64,000 nt of DNA. Origin: Candidatus Micrarchaeia archaeon. Lineage in GTDB: Archaea > Micrarchaeota > Micrarchaeia > Burarchaeales > Fermentimicrarchaeaceae. Both the position numbers and the translations under genes were made by a program. Below, in pieces: positions 1 through 9,968 of this stretch (the stretch's first letter is position 1; every line of letters begins with the position of its first letter). A model generated the notes under the pieces. It was not told where the DNA came from. It did no database searches and worked only from the letters and a program-made list of their open reading frames with translations. The DNA is taken from NCBI GenBank assembly GCA_038871515.1, contig JAVZHX010000002.1:141815-205814 (forward strand). Reading direction: 5' to 3'.

Positions 1-643
1 CCAAGTTATCCTCAACAGCTTTGGAACGGCACTCGCAAGCCTTCCCAAGCTTTCTCAGTTCATTCACCTTCTCCTTCTCACAGCTGCATACGTATGCATC
101 TCCTTGGGTTATCAACTGCTTTGCGAACTTGTAGAATTCAGGCATCTTATCTGAGGAGTATAACTCCCTTTCAAACTTCATCCCAAGCCACTCCAAATCC
201 TCCTTTATTGAATCAACAAACTCCTGTCTTTCGGTTTCCGGGTTCGTGTCATCAAAGCGCAGGATGCATTTCCCTTCATACTCCCTTGCTGCCTCATAAG
301 AGAGAAAAGCTGCTTTTGCGTGTCCAAGATGCAGAAAGCCATTCGGCTCAGGAAGAAACCTTGTGATAACCTTTCCTTTCTCCGCATCCTCCAGAATAAT
401 TTTTCTCTCCTCCTCCTTTTTTTCTTCAAAACTGAATTTTGAAAGCTCCTTCTCAATTTGCTCCTTTTTCATTTTATTCACTTTCGCAACAACTTTCTCA
501 ATGAGCTGCATCGTGCTTTTCATATCTGCTTTTGCTTCAGGCGCCTCTGCTATAACCTTGCCGACAACTGCTTTAACCTGCGCTTCCCCGTATTCCGCAG
601 CATTCTTCAAAGCGTGCTTTAAAACAACCTCTTCAAGCTTCAT
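1..643 (-). CDS. gltX: Glutamate--tRNA ligase, N-terminal part (runs off window start; absent from ORF track)
   Basis: Manual translation from ATG at 643: MKLEEVVLKHALKNAAEYG...VITRFLPEPNGFLHLGHAKAA (HIGH-type motif)...ILRFDDTNPETE...AYVCSC; archaeal N-terminal extension; GGTG RBS upstream. Confidence 0.95.
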   Translation of the reverse strand, partial: MKLEEVVLKHALKNAAEYGEAQVKAVVGKVIAEAPEAKADMKSTMQLIEKVVAKVNKMKKEQIEKELSKFSFEEKKEEERKIILEDAEKGKVITRFLPEPNGFLHLGHAKAAFLSYEAAREYEGKCILRFDDTNPETERQEFVDSIKEDLEWLGMKFERELYSSDKMPEFYKFAKQLITQGDAYVCSCEKEKVNELRKLGKACECRSKAVEDNL

Positions 644-713
644 ACTTCACACCTATCGATATTTTATCATAATAAAGTAAATACTTTGTGCCGAGCAGTA
701 TAATAAATATTGG

Positions 714-1652
714 ATGTGTAATTTAAGCATGGAGAAACTGCGTGAGCCAAAGGATGAGGTGGAGGGAAAAATAAAGAAGTTTGTCAGAAGTTCTTTTGAT
801 GAGAAAGTTGCAAGCAAAGATGCTGTGAAGGATTTTTATGCAGAAGCTATTCGTATTTCTGGAATTGTGAGGGAAATCAATAGAAGCAACAAACCAATCA
901 AAATTGTTGATGTGGGCGGAGGAGGGGGTAGAATCGGAAAGATTTTGGATGAGTATGTGGAGAAGGGGATTGTCAAAAAGCAGTTTGATTACATTGTTGT
1001 TGATATAAGCAGAGCTGAGCTGGAAAAAGGAAGTAGCAAGTTCAGAATTGTTGGCGATATGATGGATATACCTCTCAGGGATGAACAGATGGATTTTGTG
1101 TTCTTGCTGAACATGCCAAGCGCGGCTGGGGTTATGAAAGATTACATAAGGAAACTTAAGCCTGTAAACCAAGCAGAAGCAGCAGAGAATAGAGAAGTGT
1201 TAAAAATGCTTGAAATAGCAACTGGGAATATCGATTTCTTGAATTACCTTGAAGGAGTTAGGGTGCTCAAGAAAAACGGGGTGTTCGTATCTGGTTTGCC
1301 AACTCACGGGGGTTTAGAAAAGAGTGGTTTGGAGGGGAGATTGAGGTTGATTAGGGATATGTTTATGGAGAGAGGTGTAAAACTTGGTGAAATTCCGCTG
1401 CGCAGAGTTGATTACGAAGTTCTGTGGATGGATTGGGGAGTTGTTAACTTATGGAGGGATTATGGTTTGGATATAAAGCAACCTGTTTTTTATATTGAAT
1501 CGCTTAGAAGGACTGGCGATATTGACGCGTGGGTGAAAGCTCTTCGCGAGAACCTTGATTTCGTTTTGAATGAACTTTCAAAAAACAAGAGATTCTGGGA
1601 AATTGTTAAGAGGATGGAAGAAGCTAATCAACTCCAGGAACACCAAGCTTAG
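714..1652 (+). CDS. Class I SAM-dependent methyltransferase-like protein (start possibly 729)
   Basis: Motif I IVDVGGGGG, motif II VVDIS, GDMMDIPL, RVLKKNG. Confidence 0.7.
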   Translation: MCNLSMEKLREPKDEVEGKIKKFVRSSFDEKVASKDAVKDFYAEAIRISGIVREINRSNKPIKIVDVGGGGGRIGKILDEYVEKGIVKKQFDYIVVDISRAELEKGSSKFRIVGDMMDIPLRDEQMDFVFLLNMPSAAGVMKDYIRKLKPVNQAEAAENREVLKMLEIATGNIDFLNYLEGVRVLKKNGVFVSGLPTHGGLEKSGLEGRLRLIRDMFMERGVKLGEIPLRRVDYEVLWMDWGVVNLWRDYGLDIKQPVFYIESLRRTGDIDAWVKALRENLDFVLNELSKNKRFWEIVKRMEEANQLQEHQA

Positions 1653-2613
1653 TTTCAAACGCCTCACATCCCAATCTTTTGTATATTTGAATGAGAGAGG
1701 ATGGGTTTTTTGCAAGTATTATCACGCAACCTCCCCCTCCCGCGCCAGTTATTTTTGCACCAAGCGCTCCTTTCTTTCTGGCAGTTTCAATTATTCTATC
1801 TATTTGTGGGGTGGATAAACCAAGTTCAATAAAGCACTCCTGCGCAGCATTCATATTCCCCCCAAGCTTTTCAAGGTTGGATTCTCTCAATGCATCAATT
1901 CCATTCAAAGCAGTTTCCTCCATCCTGTCAAAAATCTTCTCTGTCCCTTCCCTATCTTTTTTATATCTTTCAGCAACCCTCTGAATCATCTCACCAGTAT
2001 CCTTAACCGAGCCTGTGTTCACAATTAGAATAGGAACTTCCGTTTTTATCTGAAGTAATTTCACCCCCTCGCTTCTTCTGAATGAAATGTAACCGCCAAA
2101 GGTGCACGTGTTTGCATCAAGCCCGCTTGGGTTGCCGTGCACAACCTTGTCGCCCAAATTCGTCAGCTCTGCTACCTGATTTTTGCTCAGCGCAGTATGA
2201 AAGAAGTTGTTGAGCTCTCCTACAAGGGAGCAGAAAACAGCCGCGCTTGAGCCGAGCCCTGAGTTGCGTGGCACATCTGAGTGAATTGAAACCTCAATTG
2301 GGGAGCAGCCAAACTCGGAGAAAAACTCCCCCAGAATCACCTTGTAGGGTGAGAAAATATCCCTTCTCTCCTTGCTCAAACCAGCCATATCTCCTTTTTC
2401 AATCATTCCCTTAACTCTCGCATGTGATGAGGTTATCTCGTTGAAGTTGAATTTCTCCTTCTTTTTGAAATCAATTAGATTAATTGTAACTCCATCATCT
2501 GCTTTTTTTATCTCACAAAAAGCCCTTCTGTCAAATGCAACTGAAAGGGCAAGCCTGTTGTAAACAACCGCATGCTCGCCGAAAAGCTTCAAACTGCCCG
2601 GAGCAGATGCCAT
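1624..2613 (-). CDS. mvk: Mevalonate kinase (GHMP family)
   Basis: APGSLKLFGEHAVVY, PRNSGLGSSAA, HGNPSGLD, GAKITGAGGGGC; ATG at 2613 preferred over 2670. Confidence 0.92.
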   Translation of the reverse strand: MASAPGSLKLFGEHAVVYNRLALSVAFDRRAFCEIKKADDGVTINLIDFKKKEKFNFNEITSSHARVKGMIEKGDMAGLSKERRDIFSPYKVILGEFFSEFGCSPIEVSIHSDVPRNSGLGSSAAVFCSLVGELNNFFHTALSKNQVAELTNLGDKVVHGNPSGLDANTCTFGGYISFRRSEGVKLLQIKTEVPILIVNTGSVKDTGEMIQRVAERYKKDREGTEKIFDRMEETALNGIDALRESNLEKLGGNMNAAQECFIELGLSTPQIDRIIETARKKGALGAKITGAGGGGCVIILAKNPSSLIQIYKRLGCEAFETKLGVPGVD

Positions 2614-2720
2614 AAGTGAATTATGCGATGAATTATTAATATTACTCTTGCTGAGTTTATACAAAGACAATCAGTATAAGTTTTTAAATGAAAAACGCGT
2701 AAATTATTTGGTGGTTTAGC

Positions 2721-3143
2721 ATGGGGAACGCAGAGAAGGTAAAACATGAAGTTTGCTGCGGTGGTACTTTTCTTTTTCAGGAGAAAGGGAAACTTGGAGT
2801 GTACAGTGGGATGAGGGAGAAAGAGGATGCTAAAATTAAGATAACTTTGAGCGTTGGTAAGATGGATGAGTGGCTAGTTGTTGATGTGACAGAGAAAGGG
2901 GAGAGGGGGCACTTCAGCATACACGCAAACAGAAGCGAAAGAGGGAAGGAAAGGTTGTTCGGGGAGAGAGTTGTTTCAGCAAATGTTAATGGGTTTGATC
3001 TGTTGAAGGAGTTGCCTGACCTGCAGGTGGCAGTTGATGAGATACGGAGAAGGGAGAAGGAGAGGCTGCCGCAGTATGCGATTTTCCCTGATGAGCATCC
3101 GGCGGTTGTTGGTTCAGATATAAAGTTTCGTCCGTTGAAGTAG
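2721..3143 (+). CDS. Hypothetical protein
   Basis: ATG with GGTGG RBS; 140 aa; no recognisable motif. Confidence 0.7.
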   Translation: MGNAEKVKHEVCCGGTFLFQEKGKLGVYSGMREKEDAKIKITLSVGKMDEWLVVDVTEKGERGHFSIHANRSERGKERLFGERVVSANVNGFDLLKELPDLQVAVDEIRRREKERLPQYAIFPDEHPAVVGSDIKFRPLK

Positions 3144-3151
3144 GTGGTTTT

Positions 3152-3673
3152 GTGGAATTCTTTGAAGTTCTTAAAAACAGGCATTCAGTAAGAAAATTCA
3201 AGGATATGCCTGTTGAGGAGGAGAAGCTTCAAAAAATTCTGGAGGCTGCAAACTCAGCTCCCTCTGCTGGTGACTTACAAGCCTATGAGATAGTTGTTGT
3301 GAGGGATAAGGAAAGAAAGAATAAACTTGTGAGCGCAGCGTATGAGCAGGAGTTCATCGCAAAAGCACCTGTTGTTTTAGTTTTCGTAGCCCACCCAGAA
3401 AGGTCTTCAAGAAGGTATGGGAGGAGAGGCGCTGAGCTTTACTGCATTCAGGATGCGACAATCGCAACTGCGTATGCACAGCTTGCTGCAACCGCGCTCG
3501 GTTTGAGCTGTGTTTGGGTTGGTGCTTTTGATGAGAAGGAAGTTGCGAAAGTAATTAACGCAAAAGAAAACCTCAAACCAGTTTCCATGTTGCCAATTGG
3601 GTACGCAGATGAGCAACCAAGAGCAACACCGAGAAGAGGAGTTGAGGAGTTGGTTCACGAAGAGAAGTTATAA
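3152..3673 (+). CDS. Nitroreductase family protein
   Basis: RHSVRKF, APSAGDLQ, ALGLSCVWVGAFD, LPIGY. Confidence 0.93.
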   Translation: MEFFEVLKNRHSVRKFKDMPVEEEKLQKILEAANSAPSAGDLQAYEIVVVRDKERKNKLVSAAYEQEFIAKAPVVLVFVAHPERSSRRYGRRGAELYCIQDATIATAYAQLAATALGLSCVWVGAFDEKEVAKVINAKENLKPVSMLPIGYADEQPRATPRRGVEELVHEEKL

Positions 3674-4926
3674 TTCCAGCTCTCGCATAGTTTCACGATA
3701 GAGTTTGAAACAAACTCCAAATCCTTTACTCTCACAAACTCATCCTTTCCATGAACGTTGCTGTCATCCGCGATTGGTCCGAAGCAGATGGAGGGGATTC
3801 CTCTTTTTACGAAGAAATGCGCATCTGTTCCTCCAAGAGTTCCGTATGCTTTTCTCTCGCCTGTTGCTTTCTTCATCATTTCAACAAAAGGATGAGTTTC
3901 AGGCAAGGAGTAGCCTTCTGATTTTTCAATTAAATCAAATTTTGCTTTACTTTTATCTGCAAGGTATTTTCTGAGATCAGCAACAGCGGATTGGAGGGTT
4001 TCTTCTGGAATTGTCCTCAAGTCAAAGACAATCTCGCACCTCCCTTCGCCACCCATATTTCTCTTCAGCAAAGGAAGTGCTTTCTCTATTGGGTTGACTG
4101 CAAGATGAGGGTAACCCGCATGCCCTTGCCTGCCTTTTATGACTAACTGCTTCCTACCGCGCAACTTCACGCGAAGCTCTCCAGGTATTATGTTTGATTT
4201 CACTCCTGCTTTTGCGTATTCAACTGCACCGCAGGAGAGATTTAACATGGTGACTGAAATTCTTCCCCATATCCTTCTTTTTGTGGATGCGCTTATAAGG
4301 GAGGAAACAACTCTTCCTCTCACTTTTGAATAATTAATCACATCTGAAAGCAAAGATACAATTTCGGTGGATTTTCCTCTCATAGCTATTCTTCCAGCAA
4401 CTCTTCCGCTTGAGCCAATATAAACCCTTGGTCCTGCGTCTATGAGGATTGCTACATCTCCGTTAACAATAAACTCGCCTCTCTTTTTCAACTTCATCAA
4501 AAAACCAATCCCATCCTCCCCTCCAACCTCCTCATCGCATGTGACAAGAAGCTTGACATTCACTTTTGATGAGTTTCTTTTTTTTAGAGTTTCAAGAGCA
4601 GAAAGAGCAGAAAGAATCCCTCCCTTATCATCAGCAGCTCCCCTCCCATATAACTTTCCATTTTTAATTGTCAGCTTGAAAGGTGGGTATTTCCATCCCT
4701 CACCAGCTGGAACAACATCGTAGTGAGTTGCGAGAAGTAGAGTGGGTTTTTCTGGTGCTTGAAGCGAGATTATGAGGTTTGGTTTTCTGTTTGAACGATA
4801 CACATCCACTCCTAAACCAATTCTCTCAGCTTCTTTCTTTATCAGCTCAGCGCACTCCCCATAGTTGCTTTTCCTTTCGGAATTAGTGTTGAGCTCAACA
4901 AGCTCTGCAAGAAATTTAAGGTTCAT
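3655..4926 (-). CDS. M20/ArgE/DapE family metallo-hydrolase
   Basis: HYDVVPAG, YGRGAADDKG, DEEVGG, GGTDA, HGKDE metal-ligand motifs. Confidence 0.9.
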   Translation of the reverse strand: MNLKFLAELVELNTNSERKSNYGECAELIKKEAERIGLGVDVYRSNRKPNLIISLQAPEKPTLLLATHYDVVPAGEGWKYPPFKLTIKNGKLYGRGAADDKGGILSALSALETLKKRNSSKVNVKLLVTCDEEVGGEDGIGFLMKLKKRGEFIVNGDVAILIDAGPRVYIGSSGRVAGRIAMRGKSTEIVSLLSDVINYSKVRGRVVSSLISASTKRRIWGRISVTMLNLSCGAVEYAKAGVKSNIIPGELRVKLRGRKQLVIKGRQGHAGYPHLAVNPIEKALPLLKRNMGGEGRCEIVFDLRTIPEETLQSAVADLRKYLADKSKAKFDLIEKSEGYSLPETHPFVEMMKKATGERKAYGTLGGTDAHFFVKRGIPSICFGPIADDSNVHGKDEFVRVKDLEFVSNSIVKLCESWNYNFSS

Positions 4927-6973
4927 TCTTCTCCTCCAGAACTTTTAGTGCTTCCTTCGCTTTCTCTATTTTTCTTTTGTTCTCCTCTATAGCTTTTGAA
5001 TCATCCCTTATGAATTCATTCAACACATCCTGGCTGGCTGAGCCGAAGTGGCGTGGTTCGTTGAGCTTCTTCCTCCACACCTGTATTCTGCTTGAAAGCT
5101 TTTCATTTGATTCAGTCATTTCAGCAATTTCCTCTTTTAAAGTGCGTTCAAGCACCTCGGGGTTTATTCTTCCTATCAGCTCCTTCTTTTCTGGAACTCC
5201 TTTCCCAACCCACTCATCAAGCATTTCTCTCACTTTTTTCTTTGTGCTCCTAAGCGCATCCACGTAATTGGCAACTTCCTCAGCTTCTTTCTGCATTCCC
5301 GCATTTTCCAGCTTAGCAACAAGCTCACTTGCTGGGAGGGTTTTTAGCATTTCATCAACAACCTCTGCAAAGTTTCTTCCCTCCTTTAACTTGTGGGAGA
5401 ATTGAGATGGTATGTCAAACTCTCTCCTTACTTTTTCTATATAGTAACCGGCATTATGAGTTACCGTTTTGAATGATGCACTTTTCACCCCGTGCTCCTT
5501 CAGAGCTTCTATCACCGAAAGGTAAGAAAGAAACCGCTTATCACCTTCAAGGAGCTGGGGGTATTTGAATGAAAGCAGATCGGTATCAGGGTAGAAAAAC
5601 TGCTGGGTTTTTTGTAGTGTTTCGAACTCCTTTCTGCTTCTAACATGCTCGCTCAGAATGGAGGAGAATTCTTTTGTTAGGAGGACTGATGCTCTATCTC
5701 CTTTCACTTTTATAACTGCGTCGTCCTTTACATTTATTGCAAAGAAACCAGCCATCCCAAGTATTTCTATTCCATCAACCTTTTCATCAACCATCCCAAA
5801 TTCAAGAAGGCGGAGTTTTTCAGAGATTTTTTTACTCAACTTCTCAGATGGCTCGTGAGTTTTTTTCTTTTGCTCAACAGCAATCTCTAACCCATATCTT
5901 GCGATGGTATCCTGCACCTTTTTCAAGCTTACAGATTCAAGAAGTTGTTCAAGCACCACTTGAGGCGCCTCTACCACTTTCAGCAACTGCGATGCAATCC
6001 AATTCTGCTCAACAAGCTTTTCGGCAGTTTCCTTCAGTTCACCAGTAGTTTTTCCACTCAGTTCACTTACACTGATTTTTGTTTCTGAAAGCGCAGCAAG
6101 CAGTGAGGGAAGGCTGCGTAGCTTCTCCTCACTGAGCTTTGGGTTATTTTGAACTTCCTCACAAATCTCCTTTACTGTTTTTCTACCCACGTGAGCTGAG
6201 AATTTTGAAAATTCGCTCTGCTCCAAAAAAACCTTCGCTTCATTTTTATCAATCTGCATAACCAAAAAAGGAGCAGCTACGACTCCAATTCCTCTGTTTC
6301 CATGAATGTTAACCCTTTCTCCGTTGGGTGTGGTGAGCACCTTGAAAACCTCGTATTCACTTATCTCTTTTAGCTGTTGAGCCAACTCCTTCTCAAAAAG
6401 CACCCACTCAAGCTGTGATCTGAAATCTAGTTGTTTTTTGACTTCGGGAGTGGGAAGTTTATTTTTCTCATATCTCTCGCGCGCTTCTGCAACAGCAACC
6501 GGCCCGTATTCACTTATCAAATATGCTTCATTGCGAAACGTGCTTTTGAGCGATGAGATAATATCATGCTGCGCTTCCAGATTCATTTTAACCTCAAGAA
6601 GTTTCTCAAGGGATGAGCGGTTTACCTCTTGTATTGAAATCCCGCAGTTTGATAATGCTTTGAAGATTGGTGTGTAATCGCCAAGAATTTTCTCATCTGG
6701 CTTGCGCAGCTCTTCCTTTATAAGATGTGGTTGTTTTGACTTTTCATATAAAGCAGAGTATAATCCCTCGGAGAGCCAAACCTCTGCTTTTCTTCCATCA
6801 ACTTTAACGCAAACTCTGTCTGAGATTATAGCGCCGACTCCGTTAATGCCAAAAACGTGAACAGAGTTATAAAAGTGAGCTTGCCTCCTTATATCATCTA
6901 CGGCAAGGGTAAGCTTCACAGTCATGAGCTCGCGTTCTGCTCTTTTTGCTTCCTCCTGCTTTTCAATTGCCAT
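4916..6973 (-). CDS. Hypothetical 685-aa protein with three internal repeats and C-terminal coiled coil
   Basis: Long ORF; repeated unit visible three times (see findings). Confidence 0.8.
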   Translation of the reverse strand: MAIEKQEEAKRAERELMTVKLTLAVDDIRRQAHFYNSVHVFGINGVGAIISDRVCVKVDGRKAEVWLSEGLYSALYEKSKQPHLIKEELRKPDEKILGDYTPIFKALSNCGISIQEVNRSSLEKLLEVKMNLEAQHDIISSLKSTFRNEAYLISEYGPVAVAEARERYEKNKLPTPEVKKQLDFRSQLEWVLFEKELAQQLKEISEYEVFKVLTTPNGERVNIHGNRGIGVVAAPFLVMQIDKNEAKVFLEQSEFSKFSAHVGRKTVKEICEEVQNNPKLSEEKLRSLPSLLAALSETKISVSELSGKTTGELKETAEKLVEQNWIASQLLKVVEAPQVVLEQLLESVSLKKVQDTIARYGLEIAVEQKKKTHEPSEKLSKKISEKLRLLEFGMVDEKVDGIEILGMAGFFAINVKDDAVIKVKGDRASVLLTKEFSSILSEHVRSRKEFETLQKTQQFFYPDTDLLSFKYPQLLEGDKRFLSYLSVIEALKEHGVKSASFKTVTHNAGYYIEKVRREFDIPSQFSHKLKEGRNFAEVVDEMLKTLPASELVAKLENAGMQKEAEEVANYVDALRSTKKKVREMLDEWVGKGVPEKKELIGRINPEVLERTLKEEIAEMTESNEKLSSRIQVWRKKLNEPRHFGSASQDVLNEFIRDDSKAIEENKRKIEKAKEALKVLEEKNEP

Positions 6974-7005
6974 AGGTGAATTTGCTCATTTTAAGTATAA
7001 AAACA

Positions 7006-7506
7006 TCAGTGTATGACAATCTCCCTCACTCCCTTAACATTCCTAAGTTTGTTTATGGTTGCTCCATCAAGCTTCTTCTCAAGTATTAAGGTGAGCTTTG
7101 GCTCAGGATAGATGTCTGGGTCGTCTGCAACAATCTGTCTTATCACTATTCCTCTATCTGCGATTATGCTTGCAACGCTGGCAACAATTCCCTTCTGGTG
7201 TGGCTCGGCGTGTATTTCTATGCTTTCAAAACCAAGTTTATCTGCAACTTTTCCTATAAAAGCAGTTGGGAGCAGCTGGGAGAATATGCCATAGAGCTTG
7301 TCATCCTCTGCAATCATCTTCCCCGTTTCAATCACAACTCTTCTGTCAACTCCAAGCGCGCGGGCGAATTTTGCAGGGGAAATTTCTATCTCAGCGCAGA
7401 ATATTCTTCCTTTTTCATCCACTCTTAACCCATACTTCAGCATTGTTTCCGCAACTTTTCTCTTGCCAGGTGACTCCTCAAACGCCTTCTCAAGCAAAGG
7501 GTACAT
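7006..7506 (-). CDS. trpY: TrpY-like HTH + ACT domain transcriptional regulator
   Basis: ARALGVDRRVV HTH, ACT-like GIVASVASIIADRGIVIRQ..DP..P.LT; divergent from trpB2; TRP-box-like palindrome upstream. Confidence 0.8.
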   Translation of the reverse strand: MYPLLEKAFEESPGKRKVAETMLKYGLRVDEKGRIFCAEIEISPAKFARALGVDRRVVIETGKMIAEDDKLYGIFSQLLPTAFIGKVADKLGFESIEIHAEPHQKGIVASVASIIADRGIVIRQIVADDPDIYPEPKLTLILEKKLDGATINKLRNVKGVREIVIH

Positions 7507-7546
7507 AATGTATATTTTTATACACAAAAGTTTAAAAATGTGTATT
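7500..7546. promoter_or_regulatory. TRP-box-like operator overlapping the divergent trpY/trpB2 promoters
   Basis: TGTATA-N4-TATACA palindrome at 7509-7524, extra half sites GGTACA (7500-7505) and TGTATT (7541-7546); TATA-like TTTAAAAA at 7531; TrpY consensus is TGTACA. Confidence 0.7.
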
Positions 7547-7583
7547 GCTCCAATCTACCTGCTTGGGGTGATTTGAATGAAAG

Positions 7584-8885
7584 GTGGATGTCTTTGGGGA
7601 AGTGAAGCTTGTTCTTGAGCAGGAGGAGCTGCCGCGCTACTACTGCAACATACTGCCCTTTCTCCCAAAACCTCTGAAACCACCTCTGAACCCTGCGACA
7701 AAGCAACCTGTTAAGCCAGAGGAGCTGATGAGAATTTTCACAAAGGAGGGAGTGAGGCAGGAGATGTGCCTTGATGAGAGAGTTGCAATTCCAGAGGAGG
7801 TTAGAGAAGCGTACCTTCGGTTGGGAAGGCCAACTCCACTCTACAGAGCAAGAAGGCTTGAAAGATTTCTGAAAACAAAAGCAAGAATATATTACAAAAG
7901 GGAGGATGTGAATCCGTGTGGCTCACACAAACCAAATACTGCCGTTGCGCAGGCGTACTATGCCGCAAAAGAAGGAGTTGAGAAGCTTGCTACGGAAACA
8001 GGCGCGGGGCAGTGGGGCACAGCTCTGAGTTACGCGTGCATGCTGTTCGATTTGAAGTGCGAAGTTTTTATGACGAGAAGCAGTTACGACAGCAAGCCGT
8101 ACAGAAGAACTCTTATTGAGCTTTTTGGAGGGGAGGTTCATCCTTCACCAAGCAGTATAACTGAGACAGGAAGGAGTTTCCTCAAGCAGATGCCTGATCA
8201 CCCGGGAAGTTTGGGAGTTGCAATAAGCGAGGCAATTGAAGTAACTCTGAAGGAGGAGAGCACAAGGTATTCATTGGGCAGTGTGCTGAACCATGTGTTG
8301 CTTCACCAAACGATAATTGGAGAGGAAACAATGCTGCAGTTCAAGAAAATTGATACAATACCAGATTTGATGGTGGGTTGCATAGGTGGGGGGAGCAACT
8401 TCGCTGGGTTCGCCTATCCTTTTGTAAAAGAGAAGCTGATGGGAAAGTCGGAAACAAGCTTTCTTGCAGTTGAGCCAGAGGCAGTTCCATCAACAACGAA
8501 AGGAGAGTACAGATATGATTATGGGGATTCGGCTGAGCTGACTCCGCTTATAGAGATGTACACGCTTGGACATAAATTCATTCCACCAAAGATACATGCG
8601 GCTGGTTTAAGATATCACGGTAAAGCTCCATCTCTCAGTTTATTAATAAAGGAGGGAGTTGTAAGCTCTGTTGCATACAATCAAAATGAGGTTTTTGAGG
8701 CAGCGCGCATATTTGCAAAAACAGAGGGTATTGTTCCAGCTCCTGAAACTGCACATGCAATAAAAGCAGTTATTGATGAAGCAAGAAAGTGCAGGGAAGG
8801 AAAGATAATTGCGTTTAACTTCTCTGGGCATGGGTTGCTTGACTTGGGTGGCTATCACGAGTTTCTTTGGCGTGAGCGAGAATGA
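7584..8885 (+). CDS. trpB2: Tryptophan synthase beta chain type 2 (TrpB2), PLP-dependent
   Basis: GSHKPNTA (PLP lysine), [35 protein letters not shown]; long TrpB2-type N-terminus; no trpA adjacent. Confidence 0.95.
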   Translation: MDVFGEVKLVLEQEELPRYYCNILPFLPKPLKPPLNPATKQPVKPEELMRIFTKEGVRQEMCLDERVAIPEEVREAYLRLGRPTPLYRARRLERFLKTKARIYYKREDVNPCGSHKPNTAVAQAYYAAKEGVEKLATETGAGQWGTALSYACMLFDLKCEVFMTRSSYDSKPYRRTLIELFGGEVHPSPSSITETGRSFLKQMPDHPGSLGVAISEAIEVTLKEESTRYSLGSVLNHVLLHQTIIGEETMLQFKKIDTIPDLMVGCIGGGSNFAGFAYPFVKEKLMGKSETSFLAVEPEAVPSTTKGEYRYDYGDSAELTPLIEMYTLGHKFIPPKIHAAGLRYHGKAPSLSLLIKEGVVSSVAYNQNEVFEAARIFAKTEGIVPAPETAHAIKAVIDEARKCREGKIIAFNFSGHGLLDLGGYHEFLWRERE

Positions 8886-9291
8886 AGTGAGAATACTTTT
8901 TATCTCTGAGCTGAAAGCACATGAGCTGCCAGATAAGAGAAGAGTTAAGGAGCTTGAGGAGGATATGAGGAGGAGAGGAATTTTGCTCAAGCCAATTATT
9001 GTGGATAGGAAAACAAAGATTATCATAGATGGGCATTGCAGATGTGATGCACTGAGAAGAGTTGGTTGCAGAAAAGTTGCCGTGAGGTTTGTTGACTATC
9101 TATCTGAAAAGATAGCTGTGGAGGGATGGAATGGGGAGAAAGTTAACAAAAAAGATGTTTTGGAAGCGGGGATGAGTGGTGTTCTTATGAAACCAAAAAC
9201 AACACGGCATATTGTCAGAGTTGGTGAAAAATTTTTGCACATATCCGAAATTTATGGGGAGGCGCCTGTTTCGCTGAGCAAGCTCATCTGA
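8872..9291 (+). CDS. ParB/Srx-fold protein, SerK/SbnI-like putative free serine kinase
   Basis: LKAHE, PIIVD..IIDGHCR, conserved W and C-terminal PKTTRH; GTG start overlapping trpB2 end (8872 or 8887). Confidence 0.7.
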   Translation: MSENEVRILFISELKAHELPDKRRVKELEEDMRRRGILLKPIIVDRKTKIIIDGHCRCDALRRVGCRKVAVRFVDYLSEKIAVEGWNGEKVNKKDVLEAGMSGVLMKPKTTRHIVRVGEKFLHISEIYGEAPVSLSKLI

Positions 9292-9880
9292 ATTTTGTGA
9301 ATGAGAACCAGGCTGCCCTTTCAAGCTCTCCCTCACCAAAGCAGAGCAGCACCATATCGCCATCCCTCAGTTGAAATTTTTCAATTATTGCGGAGGTTGC
9401 TTTGTGGTATTCGCTCTGCACCTCACCCCCAGAATCTACGAATAAAAATTTGCCTTTTCTGAAAGAGAGCAGCGTTATGCCGTCTGCTCCCATTTTCACC
9501 GCACAATCCCTCACCTCAAGAACGCGCGGTGATTTTATTCCCCTTATGAGAATCGCGAAGGTTTTTTTGTTCATTGTCAGAGAGGTGGGGGGGAGATAAC
9601 CAACATCAACAGCATGTTTTTTTAATTCCTTAAGAACTCTGAAACCATTCTCAGTTAACTTGTATCCCATAGGGGTGGTATCAACAAGCCCCTCATTCTT
9701 CAACAATTTCAAAATACTTCTTGTGCTCCACTCCCCTATTCCCAACTCCCTGCTGAGCCTTGCACGCCCTTTCCTTGTATCAAGCTTCCAGAGAGCTCGG
9801 AGTATGTCAATTGGAAGGAATGAGGGGTAAGGGCCGAACCTCTTTTTTTTCACTCTTTCAAGCAGTTTGAGTGGTTGCAT
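9284..9880 (-). CDS. Winged-HTH transcriptional regulator (DUF4443-like C-terminus)
   Basis: GRARLSRELGIGEWSTRSILKLLKNEGLV HTH; RDCAVKMGADG motif; GAGGTGA RBS. Confidence 0.75.
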   Translation of the reverse strand: MQPLKLLERVKKKRFGPYPSFLPIDILRALWKLDTRKGRARLSRELGIGEWSTRSILKLLKNEGLVDTTPMGYKLTENGFRVLKELKKHAVDVGYLPPTSLTMNKKTFAILIRGIKSPRVLEVRDCAVKMGADGITLLSFRKGKFLFVDSGGEVQSEYHKATSAIIEKFQLRDGDMVLLCFGEGELERAAWFSFTKFR

Positions 9881-9904
9881 ATCTCACCTCGTTTTATTTA
9901 AAAG

Positions 9905-9944
9905 GTTGGATGAATTCACCAACTTATATAAAGCTGGATGAATT
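9905..9944. promoter_or_regulatory. Candidate operator flanking a TATA box
   Basis: Imperfect palindrome GTTGGATGAATTCACCAAC (9905-9923), TATA box TTATATAAA (9924-9932), repeated half site TGGATGAATT (9935-9944). Confidence 0.6.
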
Positions 9945-9968
9945 AAAAGCTTTGCTTGAGGTGAGCTG

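Noticed and set aside
8809..9291. ParB partition protein
   Set aside because: No HTH or dimerisation domain, no parA; SerK/SbnI-like PKTTRH motif and coupling to trpB2
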